Positions 24,623 to 38,892 of a stretch of 64,000 nucleotides of DNA are shown here, in pieces. Under the pieces are notes generated by a model. It was not told where the DNA came from. It did not search any database and saw only the letters and a program-made list of their open reading frames with translations. The DNA is from Antedon mediterranea (Eukaryota; Animalia; Echinodermata). How positions within the stretch are numbered: the first letter of the stretch is position 1; each line of letters starts with the position of its first letter. The stretch covers positions 24,813,237-24,877,236 of the forward strand of contig NC_092672.1 of NCBI RefSeq assembly GCF_964355755.1, written 5' to 3'. The position numbers were made by a program, and so were the translations under genes.

Positions 24623-26389
24623 TTCGTAATAGTCAAATGAATACAAAACAGAAAATATATGTAAGTTACACAATTTGTTTAAAAAGTAGCATGAAAACAT
24701 ATAAAATAAAATACATGATTAAAGGTAATGACCATTACAGGAACCAGAACTTAAAATAAATAAATAAAATCAACAGAAATATAGAAAATAGCATATTCTT
24801 TTCATCAGAAAAATTATTATATAAAAGTTTTTCTAATTAGAAACAATGGTTAAATCAAGACTATTCCACTTATATTTGAGGTAAAACATAATGTTTTGTT
24901 TAAAATAATTGCCAAACTCTGCAATCCTCCAAAACACATAGCAAACCTCATTTAAACAACAAAAAAGTGATTGAATAAGTAGTGTACAACTCACTTGGTT
25001 TGTCAATTAAAATGTAAATATATTTTTGTTAAATACTTAAATTTGTGGTTAAGCATCATTTTTGGGTTTAAAAAATAATTTCTAAACCTTCACTCTCGAA
25101 TTAGAGGGGGCGTAATCACCAGCCCAAACAATGTTACAGTACTGTATAAGTAAAACATTTTATTTTAATTTCTTTAGAATACTAATAAATTTAGATATTT
25201 TATTTGATAAAAATTGTTGGCAGCCAATAATCCAATTAAAAGACCAAGGAATGCTTCACTTATTAATTTTCCATTACAAAAATATAACAATTGTTGTGTG
25301 TAAGTTTATATCTAATACAATTTATTTTAGCCGTATTAATTAATAATTGGTTTGTAGTGAACCATTCACTAGCTTACTTAACTCTAAATTTAAAAAGTTT
25401 AACAATACATCAATATTGATATAAAGTTGTATATAGCGAAACAACTTGAAAATATCATGGATAACAACATCAAAATTTTTTTGATAAATCTAGAAAAGTA
25501 CTTAATAAAATTAATTGTTTTTAAATGCAGTATTAACAGAATTAGAGAGTTTAGGAAAAGCATGACAAGTGGTATGGTATGCATACATATTTCAATATTT
25601 TTTTTTAAATGGTTAAAATTAAGATTGGTAAATATTAATATATAAAGTACTGTATATCCGTTTTGAAATACAAGATTAACTTAAAATTGTAATATGATTA
25701 GGTAAATAACCCATCATGAATGATTAATTCATGGCGTATGTGAGATATGGCTTATAATTAAGGAGCAACCTTTTTAAGAATCATGCTCTAAACCTTTACT
25801 AGAATTAATTATTAATTATATTAAGCACTTCTGTTTCAGATAAATGAGAGGCTTTATGGGAGGTAGTAATTAAGAGATTAGGTCTTTGGTATTTTTAGGT
25901 TAGAATTACAGAGTTTTACACATTTTTGAAAAATAATTTAATTACATTCTGGCTAATTATATTTGTATCATAAAAATATTCATCAATCATTTTTTAAACA
26001 TGAGGTGTATTTTTACTTTCTTTACCGGGATTAATTACAGAATGTATTACTTCTCATTTGTTATGTTACATTTAATCTGATTGAATTTAGTTTTGTAGCA
26101 TTTTTTTCTTTGAAATTTTACAGAGTGCAGTAATATTGTTGCTATACTTTTTATATCTTGAGATATTTGAACATTTATGAATTTGTTAAAGTTTATGCTT
26201 ACAGTATGTTTACTAACTTTGTTTAGATGGTGTAGGTAGAGTGGTGTCATCCATAGTTGTTTTAGTGTTTGGTTTTTTTTTTCTTGAACTGCAAAAAGTA
26301 TATAAAAAAATGTATCCAACATTAGAATTAACTGTATAGTTTAAACGAATCAGTTTGAGAAAGATCAAAGCAAAATGCCCCTATATCTC

Positions 26390-27184
26390 TATATGTGCGA
26401 AAAGGGTAAAAACCCCTTAATGCAGGCTACCGTTAGACCACCTCTGGGCCTAGTAAAATTGCAGTAATATTACCGTCACGGTCGTACTGTAAGCCATGAT
26501 CTGTGTGAAGAGTCCACGATATAAGGCCTGCTTATGCAGCGAAGCATTGATAAATTCGGGACATTTTACTTGATTGAGAAAGACTGTGGCAATTATTTTA
26601 GGCCAAATTATTAGATTATATCAATATATATTTTTTTAGGTTAAATAATACAATGGAAGAATACGGGCAATAATAATAAAAATATAACAGATGTTGGTCC
26701 AAAGATTATTTAACTTGCTGTAACGTACGTAAGCCTATAGGCCCTAGTTAGCATAGTTCTAGCGGGAATATCCTCTGGTGTGCGCGCCTGGTGCTAGCTT
26801 TTAACAGCTTCTGATAATTAAATTCGCGTCTATTTGTAGGCCTAATAGATTTTGTTTCTGTATAATGGCCATCACGATCGGGCAGTTAGTAGCACGGAGT
26901 GGTGATGGGCAAAAATATAGGTTTTATGCATCATAATAAAAACCAATAAAACTAAACGACGGACACACCAAACCACATCAGTAAACATGTGCGCGCATGG
27001 CATGTTTCGTCGGCAGTGCCCTCCATTTTTTTTTCTAAAAAGTGCGACCTCTATTTTATGAAGACAGTAATCTTTAAATATTGCGCCTTTTCACTGTGGC
27101 CTTTCACACAGAAAATGGTAAAATAACGGCAATAATACCGGCTTGCTTACTGGGATATTGCCGCAATTCTATGTGAAAAGGGCT
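26390..27184. mobile_element. Harbinger-like insertion with unclear left end
   Basis: Absent from the paralog at ~40977; ends TGTGAAAAGGGCT|TAA. Confidence 0.5.
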
Positions 27185-28141
27185 TAATTCAGTCTGAATG
27201 GTCAGGAACGTCAACCATAATCAATTATTTTTTAAATAGGTAAACGATCAGAGATGTCTGAATTGTAATACCCGATAAAATATCAAAATTAGTAGGCCTA
27301 TTGTTTGTTTAAAAATAATCAATAAGTTCTGCATTAGTTTTTGTAATTCTCGTTGGTTTAGAAATCGTAGGGAAAAAAGTACAATAGTTGATAAGATGAT
27401 ATAAAACAATTATTAAATAGATTATGCTTATTAAATTTGATTAAAAAACAATTAATTTATAATAACCGCAAAATGTTCTATGTTATTAGATTTCAGTTGA
27501 CTTGTAAATAAAGCCAATTATAGAATTCTTTTTTGTTTAATGATTTATAAAAAGCGAATCTCATATAGTTCTTTTGTCAATAATAACTCTGGTTATATTT
27601 TGTAATAAAAAAAATCAATAATTGTGTTCTGAAATGTTCATAACAGTTTTATTAAATACATTCATATGACAAAGGTGGTGATTTGTTTAGAATTTCTGAA
27701 TCATAAACTATCAATTGTACATTGTACCTACCTACTGTAAGTCATGACCGACATATAGTATATGTTTAAAGATTACCATTTTTAATCATTTTCCTTCATT
27801 AAATGCCTTTTCTGGATGTCGGCAGCCGGCATAAAAGTTTGTTGCCTTCATAGCCTTAGCTTTTCGAATTACAATGGATCTTTGCGGCTGCGCCTATAAA
27901 TGATAATGTGTCTTAGGCATACTGTAGATCTTCACCTTGATTTTTCCAGTTCAGTGTGCATTTTCAATTGAAATATTATTTAAGCCAAGATCAGTTTTAA
28001 ATATGTCCTTTACAAGTTACATTGGATCTTATGTACTGGTAGAATTTTGTTTCTTGTCACCCACCGCCGACTAGATATCTAGTCCGGTGCTACACTGGCT
28101 TATGTCGTGTTTATCCAGGTAAGCAGGCACGATATAGACTA

Positions 28142-28422
28142 CACAAACCAGAAATGGTGTTGGTAGTCTATGAGTGCCGCTTACCTGGATAAACGCCCGC
28201 CCGCCGTCCCCTCAGACAAGAGGTCTTGAGAAATGATGACGGTAATACGTGGGAGTGGTCCCACTAGAGGGCGCTATAGCGGACTGTCCCATTTATCATG
28301 GAGGTGAGCTACCGCTAAATTCTTCTTTTCGTAATTGTTTCGCACTTCGTGGAAAAGGGCTTATGTCGTGTTTATCCAGGTAAGCGGCACTCATAGACTA
28401 CCAACACCATTTCTGGTTTGTG
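28142..28422. mobile_element. 281-bp MITE with CAC..GTG ends flanked by TA
   Basis: Perfect 53-bp TIR CACAAACCAGAAATGGTGTTGGTAGTCTATGAGTGCCGCTTACCTGGATAAAC; TA at 28140-28141 and 28423-28424. Confidence 0.9.
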
Positions 28423-28423
28423 T

Positions 28424-31400
28424 AATTTTTAACTGGGCCGGATCGGCTATACCTAGTACCTGGTCTACTTGCTTGATGCAGTAGTATCCGCTTTTTTGGA
28501 GAGTAAACTAGGCCTCTAGGCCTATTTTAGGCCTACTTAGACGATCGGGACACCATACGTGCGGACGGCGATATTTACAGCCGATTTTGTAGAATGTTTT
28601 AGGTTTAGATTGTTTAGGAGTTTGGTTGATAGGATGGGTTTGGAATCCACTGAGTTTTGTTATTTATGGGCCAATCGTTTAGTAGTGGGCCAATCGTTTA
28701 GTAGTAGGCTAGCTAGGCCCATGGGCCCCAATGTTTTAGCGTTTTAATCCCTAGTCAGAATGGCTCTCACCCATGAAAAAAAAATGATTTAGGCTAGGCC
28801 TAGCCTAGTACGTGAAGCCGATAGTACGATCTGTACTATTCGAGGTATAAAAATAGTATATTATGACTCCGTAATCTGTACTAAATTTGTATTTCATTAA
28901 ATGTCAAATAAATATATGCTACTACTGTTATTATTACACTTAGGCCTAGCTTAGAAAATCTACAAAAAATGTATTTCACAATGATCGGGTGGTCGTCGTT
29001 TGACAGGGGAGAGAGATGTAAATTTAGTTGACAAACACAACGTACATGACGTCGCGAGTTTGGAATCCACTGATGACGTGATTTTGTGAATATCTCATGA
29101 ATATTAATGAGCTTCCCTAAGCTGCTGAAAAACAGACTTTCCATGAATTTACCCTAAAATGTATATGAAATTTTATTTTTTTAATTTCTCGTTATTATTT
29201 CTTCATTCTGACATGTCTATATTGTTATAATATTTTTTATTTAATAAATAAACGATATTTAAAAGCAACTTTAAACCCAGAATCCCCATTTAATTAACCC
29301 CACATTTCATAGGATACATACTGTACAGTACAAACAATGGCATAGACTCGACATTAGGATGTTTTTTCACTGACAGAATTAACTTGGATTTATAGATTCA
29401 ACAGCAAAGTGAAGTTCTCGTTCATGTTTTATGCCACAAATTCAGACCACTGGTTCCTTCTGAGCATGCACAATACAATTGTGTCATCATCTCCAATGAA
29501 TCTTTGCTTTCAAGAAATCAAAGTGGTTCTGAAGCGGGTTGATTTGACAGATTTGACAGATTTCCATGTTAATTCATTGCTCCTTGCTTATTCTTAGTAA
29601 TATTGTAATACGTCAACACAACTTCTGTAACACAAGCCAAACTAGTGCTGATCTATTGATACACTAAGAAATCTTCTGACAGACTCTGAGCTGGTTTATA
29701 TCTATTGTTAATCTAATTTGTTTTCATTCTGAATTGTCTGACTTGGCATAACCATCAGGTATGCAAATAACCATCTGGTATGCAAACACAATAATCAAAG
29801 GAAGTGTCCTCATTATCACATTACCTGTACAAATTGTTGTACTTTATTATTAGGAATTTAAAAGAGAAAAAAATGTTACCTTTGAGTTTGTTTTTTTAAA
29901 TTACAGTATAACAAAGTTTACTAAAATACATTATGACTCTGAGAATAAGAACATGATGTTTGGTATGATAATTATCTATACTATGTGAAATATAATAACC
30001 TCTATGTGCTTAATATTTTAACCCAAGCTGGTCACAACCTCATATGTATGTGCCTGATCGAGGCAGGATCAGATGTGAATGTTGCAAGCGATGTAAAGTC
30101 ATATATTTAACAAAATATTTAACTTTTTTTTCCAATTTAAAAAGTCTAGATTCATTTTTCATAAAATCTACAAATTGGAGTAGTAAAGATTTTGTCTGAT
30201 TTAATGTTGTAATATAGTTACAAAAAAAACAGATAGCTATAGAAAGAAAGTTGATTGAATATAATTATATGTAACTTTTTTAGAAAATGGTTTTAAAAAA
30301 AAGAAATATTTGATACAGTATTTAAAATGAATTAATGAAAACAATTATGCATTTCTTCAATAGTCGCAAATGGTAACTGGCTGGCCTCTTAATTTATTTC
30401 AAAATGTACCCAACTTTGTCAATAAATGATCCAATATTGTGAAATAAGTAAATTATATTCTAATTTTAGCTATTAATTATGTGAAAATCATTCAATTTGA
30501 GGCCTCTAATATTAATCTCATATTTTATGATCAATTTTAAATTTCAGTGCTAAATAAACTTGTGTCCTAAAAACTTAGTTTTCTTCATCTTTCTGAGATA
30601 AAACATTGTTTGAATGCCTTTCTGATGAATTTGACAGTAAAACAAAGGTTATTTCATTGCAAACCATTGTTTATATCACCATAGTTAATACAGTTTTAAA
30701 GAAAACTGAATAGGCCAAATTTGTTTCATGTCCAGGATTTGAATTTTTTATTTTTTATTTGAGAAATGTACAAAATATGTGAAAGATGGTGTTACATACA
30801 GTTCAGTTGTGTTTACATACCTTAGAGTGTGTAATAAATGCTTCATTTTTATTTTTTTTATTACTATTAAAAGATACAATGTAGCTAATAAATTAGAAAG
30901 TCTTCCATCTACAAAATTTGATTATAAAGGAAATATGAAACTAATTAACATTTTTTTTTTATTTATTTTATCTTTCATATGTTATTAATCTATGATTTAT
31001 ATATACTACAGCTTGTGTATCTGACAGTGTTCTTTCTTCTTTATTTTAAATTAAAAAACGCCAGTTTGGAGCAATGTTAAATGATCAAAGCTAAACATAA
31101 TTGTCAAAAATAATAATTATAATACAGTTAACCTTTCCACCTATGTACTGTAATTATTATTTACAAACTTTTTACAAATGCTGGTAAAATCATCACTAAG
31201 TTTGTTTACACTTGATATACTTACTTTCTGCCATGTAAATTATAATATTTAAAGTACTATGTTATTTCAAAATTACATGGAACAATAAAGTTATTGATTA
31301 ATCATTAATACTCCTCACACTTTTTTAAATTTTATTAATCAAATACTGTAATTTAATAATATTGATAATGTGCCAAATTGTTAAGTTAAATTGAGATTTG

Positions 31401-33211
31401 CTATTCTCTTAAAAACAAAAAACCAATATATTCTTACATAATTTATTTTAAATTGTATTTTTAAGTGTATATGGTCATTATTACAGTTATGATCATACTT
31501 CAGTTGAAAATAATTTCCATTAAACAATTCTACAAGAGAAGGAGCACAATACATGCAATGGCTTTCTTTAACTTACCAGTATTTTCAGTTAATTCATTGC
31601 AATTATATCCTGCATTAATATCATTGCAATTATTATACTACTATATAATTTGTATTCAAGCAAATTATGTAGTTAGACAGGGGTAATAATGTCAGCTGCA
31701 TTACATCAAATCAAGAAATTTTAATACAATCACACTTCCATAAAGAATGGACAAATAATAATAATAATGGATAAATAAATCACAAATAACTTTAAAATCA
31801 TAGCACATGGGCGGTACTCACCAATTTTTATATTTGTTGCTCAAAAACCAAAATGTAAAACCACTAAATGCTAGATAATTTATTTACAAACTTATGGCAA
31901 AATCAGCATTGCATTAAACTATCACATGGAAGTTTTCAAATACTATGGCCCTGTTGCTGCTGCCAAGAATATACACACTATATTATTTTATATTGTATTT
32001 TTTGTTGCAGCAGAAATGGGTCTCATAAAAAATATACTGTATAAACATGGAGCTATAAAATTAGTTTTTATAGCTTCATGGTATAAATATACCGCATATT
32101 TATCTTGATCATTATCGATATCGTTATCTCTGATATTTCATCATATATTTCTTGCACCTTTCTGCTGCCTTATGAATATACCATCTATGTTGTTCATCCA
32201 TAACACAAGGTTTGTTAAACATACCCTACTTAGAACAATTACTAAAATGTCACAGTGGACTGAAAATGTTAAAATATTTGCTCTATTTAAATGTGATAGA
32301 ACCGAGGTTTCAGGGTAATAACAGGAGATGTGGAGTTTGCTTATCGTCTAAACAAGTGAACACTTTAAGCAGCACAAAACAGCAAACTGACCATGGACAA
32401 TGACTGCAAGTTGGGTAGACACAGGGTTTTCCGGTCCCATAAGGGATTTTGAGGGATCGAACCATAGCTATCTATTCCTCAATCCATACAATCCCACAAA
32501 GTAGTTTTCAAAAGAAACGGGTCACCAAATTATAATTCTAATATATTATTACGGTATGTTTATGCCGTACATATTGTAGCAGAAACAGGGCCTATCTTAC
32601 ATTAATGGCTCATTGGGATGACTAAAGGTTGGTATTAATAGTAATACCTAAGGGTAGACTCACAGCGTCAGGTTTGTTATCCAACACAAGGTAATCCTCT
32701 CTTGATAGGGTTCCTATTAACGCAAATGGCGAGGCGTAACAGCTTCCTAACGGTAATCTGCAGCTTAGTTCACATACAAAAGTATGTACACTGCTTACAT
32801 AACGCCACCGTGAGTCTGAACATACCCTAAGACACTGAACAGTACTATGTTTAAAAATAAAGGTGATTAATCAAAGGCTAATAACTCCTCCACATAAAAC
32901 TCCTAGAAAGTAGGAAGCCTTTTGTCCTCTTCCCTGACTGACTGAGCATATGATCTCTCTATTAATAATTTATATTGTAAACCTTATTATGTAAACAGAA
33001 ATATCAATGAAAATTCTTCTTCACTAAAAAGTTTTTAAAGATATGCTACATTATTAGCAATTTACACCTAAATCCAGCCCTCAGTCTTAACCCTTTTCCA
33101 ACATGCAATTTGTTTTTTGAGGATATTCACTACATTATTAGCAAATTACCCCCTAAATCCACCCTTTTCCAACATGGCTGTTGAAAAAGTGTGTCATCCA
33201 TTGGAATAGTT
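28424..33211. repeat. Segmental duplication block A, copy 2
   Basis: Identical ORF-track peptides at 8623 and 28559; shared pseudo-exon; long near-identical stretches. Confidence 0.95.
29994..30092 (+). pseudogene. Second copy of the ankyrin pseudo-exon
   Basis: Near-identical to 12810-12908 (K>E change), same AT in place of AG; donor altered to GTAAAGT. Confidence 0.8.
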
Positions 33212-35609
33212 TTATTGCCAGTATTGTATGTCTGTGGATTTTCCATCTGAATTGACATAGCAGCAATCAATCATTGTGCCACTTATGAATTTCATGTGTG
33301 AGAGCATTTCCGGCCATCTAGAGGTGTCATTTAACAAAATTTGCTTTAAATCCCGCTCCCTTTTCAGATCCTGGCTAAGGCCCTGGACATTTGGGCAATC
33401 CCCTTACGATAGTCCTGCTACCGCCCCTGTAAATAATTCTAAGCATGTGAAACAAAATACTGATTATTGATTATTTGAAAGTGGATAATTTAAAAACATA
33501 AAATATGTTGGTATCACATGGATGACACACACACAGAGTGATATATCACTTTGTTAGTTTTTCTGTCTTGTGCTGCTATCTGTATCGTGGTATTCAAACT
33601 TTAAAGTTTAAAAAAATTAAGATAAAATGAGTTGAATATTTATTATTGAAATGAGTAATTATTATTCAATTACATAATAAAAAATTAGTTTTGATAGCTG
33701 AATTCAATTAGCTTGGTGTTTATGAACATTACTATTACTACATTAATACATAACTTGCTTGCTCATCTTGATTGTGCTAAATACTTATGCTAGGGTTTTA
33801 TTTCTAGATTTTTCGTCCTCTTTTAATTCTATACAATCAAGTATTTTAATGAAATCAGTAAAACAGCTTAAAGAATAATAGGAACTAAAGAGAACACTAA
33901 AGATATTGTTAAAAGTGCAATAAGTAAAAAGTAATTATGTCGGATGAGTATCACCCTTCCTCACCATTATCTTGTCTTTAGTAAGTCAGGGCGTTTAATG
34001 TACCCAAGATGGATCAAACCAATAGGATGAGAAACTTGTTTCTTACTACTGCAATGAGCCAATTCCATGAAACTTGGAAACATTGATAATTTTTGCTATA
34101 CCCTTACACACACCAATCTTGCTTGTATTTTGTATTTTAAATAATTTATTTTATCTGTATTTTACCAAATTTTAACCTTTTCAACTCATTTTTATATTTT
34201 TATGTGAATTTTTAACTTTGAAGAAACAAAAATAATTTCAACCCATGTACATATTTTACTGTGTTTGACCATGAATAAATGAATACTAGACTGGTAATTT
34301 GTTAGTTTTATACCTAATTAGGCCTACTGTAATAATATTCCATTCAAATTGTTTTATCCTAATTATATAGTTTTCAAAGTATTAAATACAAAAATACTAA
34401 AGGAATATGAAATGGAGACTGCTTTATTTTTTTTTCAAACATAAGAAATTTTATAAAAATTAATCTGATACTCTAGAATATAATTTTAAAGTTGATTATT
34501 TGAATAAAATATAATATTTTTGGCATCATGTGGTACCACTCACACAGTGATAAAATGGCTGTTCAAGTAAGGCAAAAGCTTCTCTTTTCCTTTTAAACAA
34601 TTTAAGCATTACTAATGTACTAATATACATAAGTACTTTCCTATCTACCAGATTGTTGATTCAGACAGCTTTAACCAGTTAAAGATTTTGATAATTTCCT
34701 TGGATGATATATTTTTTACTGAAACCACTCTGAGTCTAACTAAATACCTGATCTTAATACAAATTTTAAAGATGCCAATAAATATAAGTTATTAAAAGAT
34801 AGTGATAAAATTAGTACTGTCAGTGTCAATTGAAATGAAAATAGGCTGTTATATAGTTTACAGGGTAAACAAAATTTAATTCAAAACTTTACTATACCAA
34901 TTTTCAACACAAGTGCAACTGATCATCAGTGATTTAGACTCTCAATATAAAATCTGGTAGTGATGATGATACACCTTTTAAGCTGTTTTACAAGTTATCA
35001 ACTTTTCTTTTGCATTAGTGTTTAGTGGTTACAATAATATATAAATCACAAAATGATTGTCCAAATCTTTCTGTGTACCAATCCAATTGTACCCAATGTT
35101 CCAAATAAATCGATCAAAAATATTTGTGGTTAATTAATTTCCACAAATATAAAATTTATGGAGGGCGACATTCAAGTTTATCTAAATTGTGTGCACAACA
35201 AAAACAAGTTTGCTATTCATTTTGTATAACAAACACATGGAATATTTTAAAACACATTTTTTTTCTATTGTTCACTAATCGTTGTATACTTTATTGTTTT
35301 ATAGCATTGCTATGTTTTAATATTGTTGGTGTTCCACTTTAGTGCTTGTTGACAATTAGGCTTAAATATAGTTGTTACTGTGTGCAAAACAATATCAGTT
35401 TTTTGTGGCAACAGTGTACAGTTATATGCTCTAATTTAAAATATAATCTTTAATGTGTATTATTATCAATACATAATGCTATACATTATGTTTTTTCACG
35501 CTATGGTCATAAATTTCCATTTGAAATACTTTATAAAACATTTACAATAACAATAGTGCCTTGATCATTATTAAATTAATGTTAATTTTTTAAACAGTAT
35601 TTAATCAAA

Positions 35610-35903
35610 AGGTGTATTGTCTCGAAAAATGAAGATTAATTAAATCAGATTTTGAATATGTTATTTTGTAGGGTTTTAATAAAGTTACTATAATCACTTC
35701 CGTAGAAAAAAAAAATGTTTTCACTTATAAAATGACAAATATATGGTTATGGCAGCCAATTTGAACATTTTTTCATTGAAATATTTAATTTAAAATTTTT
35801 TCAGGTAAATACATTTTTTTTAGATCAAATTTTTGGTCAAAATGGCACTTTCAACAAAAATGTTGTTAAGAATAATTTTTTTTTTCAGGGGGACATTGCA
35901 TTT
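35610..35903. mobile_element. Degenerate Kolobok-like MITE
   Basis: AGGTGTATTGTCTC ... GGGGGACATTGCATT|TTAA; same family as 23323-23630. Confidence 0.5.
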
Positions 35904-36321
35904 TTAACAAAAAAACACTTAAAATTTCACAAACCTTCAATTGTTCTTACATATGATTTTGTATTTTAAAAGTGCAATTTTCACAAAGTCACTTAATAAA
36001 TGCCCTCATGATCCCTGTGTATTATAATGATCAAAGATGCTAGTTGTACTGAATAGTTTAGTAATGACATGTTTTATTCATCATTTTTAGTAATGCATTT
36101 TGCCACTCTCTTTTATTGTCAACACACTACCAACTCCGTCCACCACCTCCTCATCATTAAATAGTGAAGAGCAATGATATTAAAGGATGTAACATAGACC
36201 CATATTAGACCCATTTTTAGTTTGTGATTATTTTTTCCATAATACAATACATGGGCCTATACATTTTATTTTACACAGTAATACTCACTCATGGCTGGAA
36301 ATTAAAAGTATGATAGTATAC

Positions 36322-36958
36322 AGTATGTGACCTGATTTTAGTCTAGGTGACAAAGTTATTGAGTCTTCATTATGTTAACCTTTAAATATTTGAATTAATA
36401 CTAAAGATTTCTTAAAACAATAATTACATTGCAAATGAAAAAGATGCTGATACCCAGATTATTTTTCTAAATGTCAGGCCTTCTATCGGATGGTTTAATA
36501 GCACCCTCTATAATTGTTTGGCGACTTTTTCAATTTCATTTTCTAACTTGATACAACTAATTTCAACATTTGCTCTTCTAGTTCCTTTTTAATTTTATCT
36601 GAATTGTTCACATTCCTCAAATGCATCATGTTCAAAGGAGAAAGTTTGTTTATAATTATAAATTTTTCCCATTGCATGCATCTATACATACTGGGTATCA
36701 AAATGACCCAATTGTACTAGGAAATTCTGCAGTTATTCTAGTATAGCAATCATTAGGTGGATTACTGTAATTTGGTTTAATTAAAATCACTTTGGTTTTG
36801 AAGTTTCTTGTTGGTATGACAACTACAACTAATGCAGCTCCTCCATTGTATCTGTCTCAGAATATCCTTGTATAATCAATCTTCTTCAAACTTTTTTTTA
36901 TCATTACATTAGTAATGCTAATTTTAATACAATTTTAATATTATTGAATGCTTTTCAT
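36322..36958. repeat. Paralog of the introns flanking exon 19967-20065, exon absent (block D)
   Basis: 36322-36718 matches parts of 19586-19798; 36727-36958 matches 20388-20655. Confidence 0.85.
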
Positions 36959-37396
36959 GTTGGCAACAAATTTATAACTGTGTGTATAATTTTGGTAAAT
37001 TAAAACAAAATAAGAATGCCAGTTTTGCCATAAAAAAGGAAAGCTTAAAAATCGTCTACGCTAAATATTTGGCGCATGCTCATTAAACACCAAATATCGA
37101 ATCAAGTTTTTCTTTTGGGTGATCACTCTTTATTTTTGCTTTCTCATTAGCTATTTCTGTTAGCAATTGTGCACTATTATAACATTATATTTCCATACCT
37201 TCATTCCTATCAATCAATCCTTCTGGTTGCTATGTTTCATTAGTTGAAATGAAGAAAGACCACAAAGACAGAGACATTCAAAATGCACATGCTCAAAATT
37301 TAGGCAGTAACACCTATTAAGAAATAATCTTTTGGTTCACATACATTTACTTACTGTCAATCGATAGTATTATCAGCATTCATGATACTGTGGCTA

Positions 37397-38892
37397 TAGT
37401 CCAGTCAAAAATCACCCTCACCATGGTATAAGAATGTACCCTAATAACATTTCATCTGTAGGTCCTACTGTATGTATATTGGTAATAACATTTCTTGATT
37501 TTGCGTCTTGCAAAACTTGTGATTTTAAGAGAAAATTATAGTTTTATACCCAATTTATAACCGCCTCATGTCGTATTATTGTGTACAGCGAATGCGACGA
37601 AGCGTGACTGAAATTTCGATTAACAAAGCTATTTGAAAAAAATAATAGTTTATACAATAATTTAAGTATAGTTTACAATAAATTAAGTAATAAAATACAT
37701 AACATATAAAGAAACCCCAAGTATAAACTAAAATATTTACAGATATGTGTTTAAAAAGGTACAAATAAAAATGGCCTTCCATAAAATAAAGTGCGCCCTC
37801 ACTCGTCCTTCTTTTATTGGACTTGTATGGATTTTGTTAGTTATTGCCAATTCTCCTTTTTTTAAAGACGTGACTTAATATATACAAATAAAGTTTGTTG
37901 GTGGAGAGTAGTCCTACAATGATAATTATTATTGGACATTTTATACACAAAACATCTCATAAATGATCGGTTCACCTCCACGGCCTGAAAGTTCTCACTT
38001 GGGACGAGAAAGTAAAGCCCAGAACAAAAGTTGTATATGCATTTATTTTAAATATTGTTAGAACACAGTAGTTTAATATGTTGACTTATTCAAATGCTTA
38101 TAAATAACGTTTTAAACTTAAAAGATGTATTGTCCCCAAAAGTGAAGATGGAAATTAATTAATTAATTAAATGTAAAATAATAACACAGTTATCCGTCAG
38201 ACACCTTCGAACTTATATAAAGAATCTTCGGGGCAGAATTACATTTTCTAAAACACGAAATTGTTCATACGATACGGATGCCAAAAATAGACAATTCAAA
38301 GAAACTCAAATAAAACTAACAATCACAAGGATTACTTTGTTGCGGATAACCAATGAGAAAATATTTAAGACGACTTTATACATTTCATCTTTATTATCGT
38401 GTACGCGAAATGTCATTTAAATGATTCTTACTCAAATTAACATTGACTATAATCGCAAATATGCAATGCATTGTGATATCCACGCAAGTAATGCTGTGAA
38501 AAAAAAATAATGTCCAAAATAAAACCAGATAATTAGGAAATCATTACGTGTTTAGCACATATACAATATGCACTTAATTCATCATGATGGTATACTGGAG
38601 GTTGTGTTTAAATATATACAATCCTTTTTTTCCATGATAAAAAATAGAAATATATTTGTGAAAATATAATATTCTGCCTCTTGCGTAATAAAAAAGAGGC
38701 AATAACTAACAAAATCCATACAAGTCTGATAAAAGAATGACGAGTGAGGGCGCACTTTATTTTATGGAAGGCCACAAGTTTTGCAAGACGCAACATCAAG
38801 AAATGTTATTACCAATATACATAAAACCTACGGATGAAATTTTATTAGGGTACGTTCTTATAGCATGGTGAGGATGATTTTTGACTGGACTA
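37397..38892. mobile_element. Academ-like non-autonomous element with long TIRs
   Basis: TAGTCCAGTCAAAAATCA... / ...TGATTTTTGACTGGACTA; the IR extends ~120 bp and resumes at ~37772-37850 after an interruption of the left arm; TAG..CTA termini; TSD unclear (TA on both sides). Confidence 0.72.

Larger units (their letters stand above)
24179..27952 (-). mobile_element. Old decayed LINE, block B copy 1
   Basis: Colinear with 39655-41811 and 55494-57377; FLDLSK remnant near 25480; ORF1-like remnant at ~27790-27920. Confidence 0.75.
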
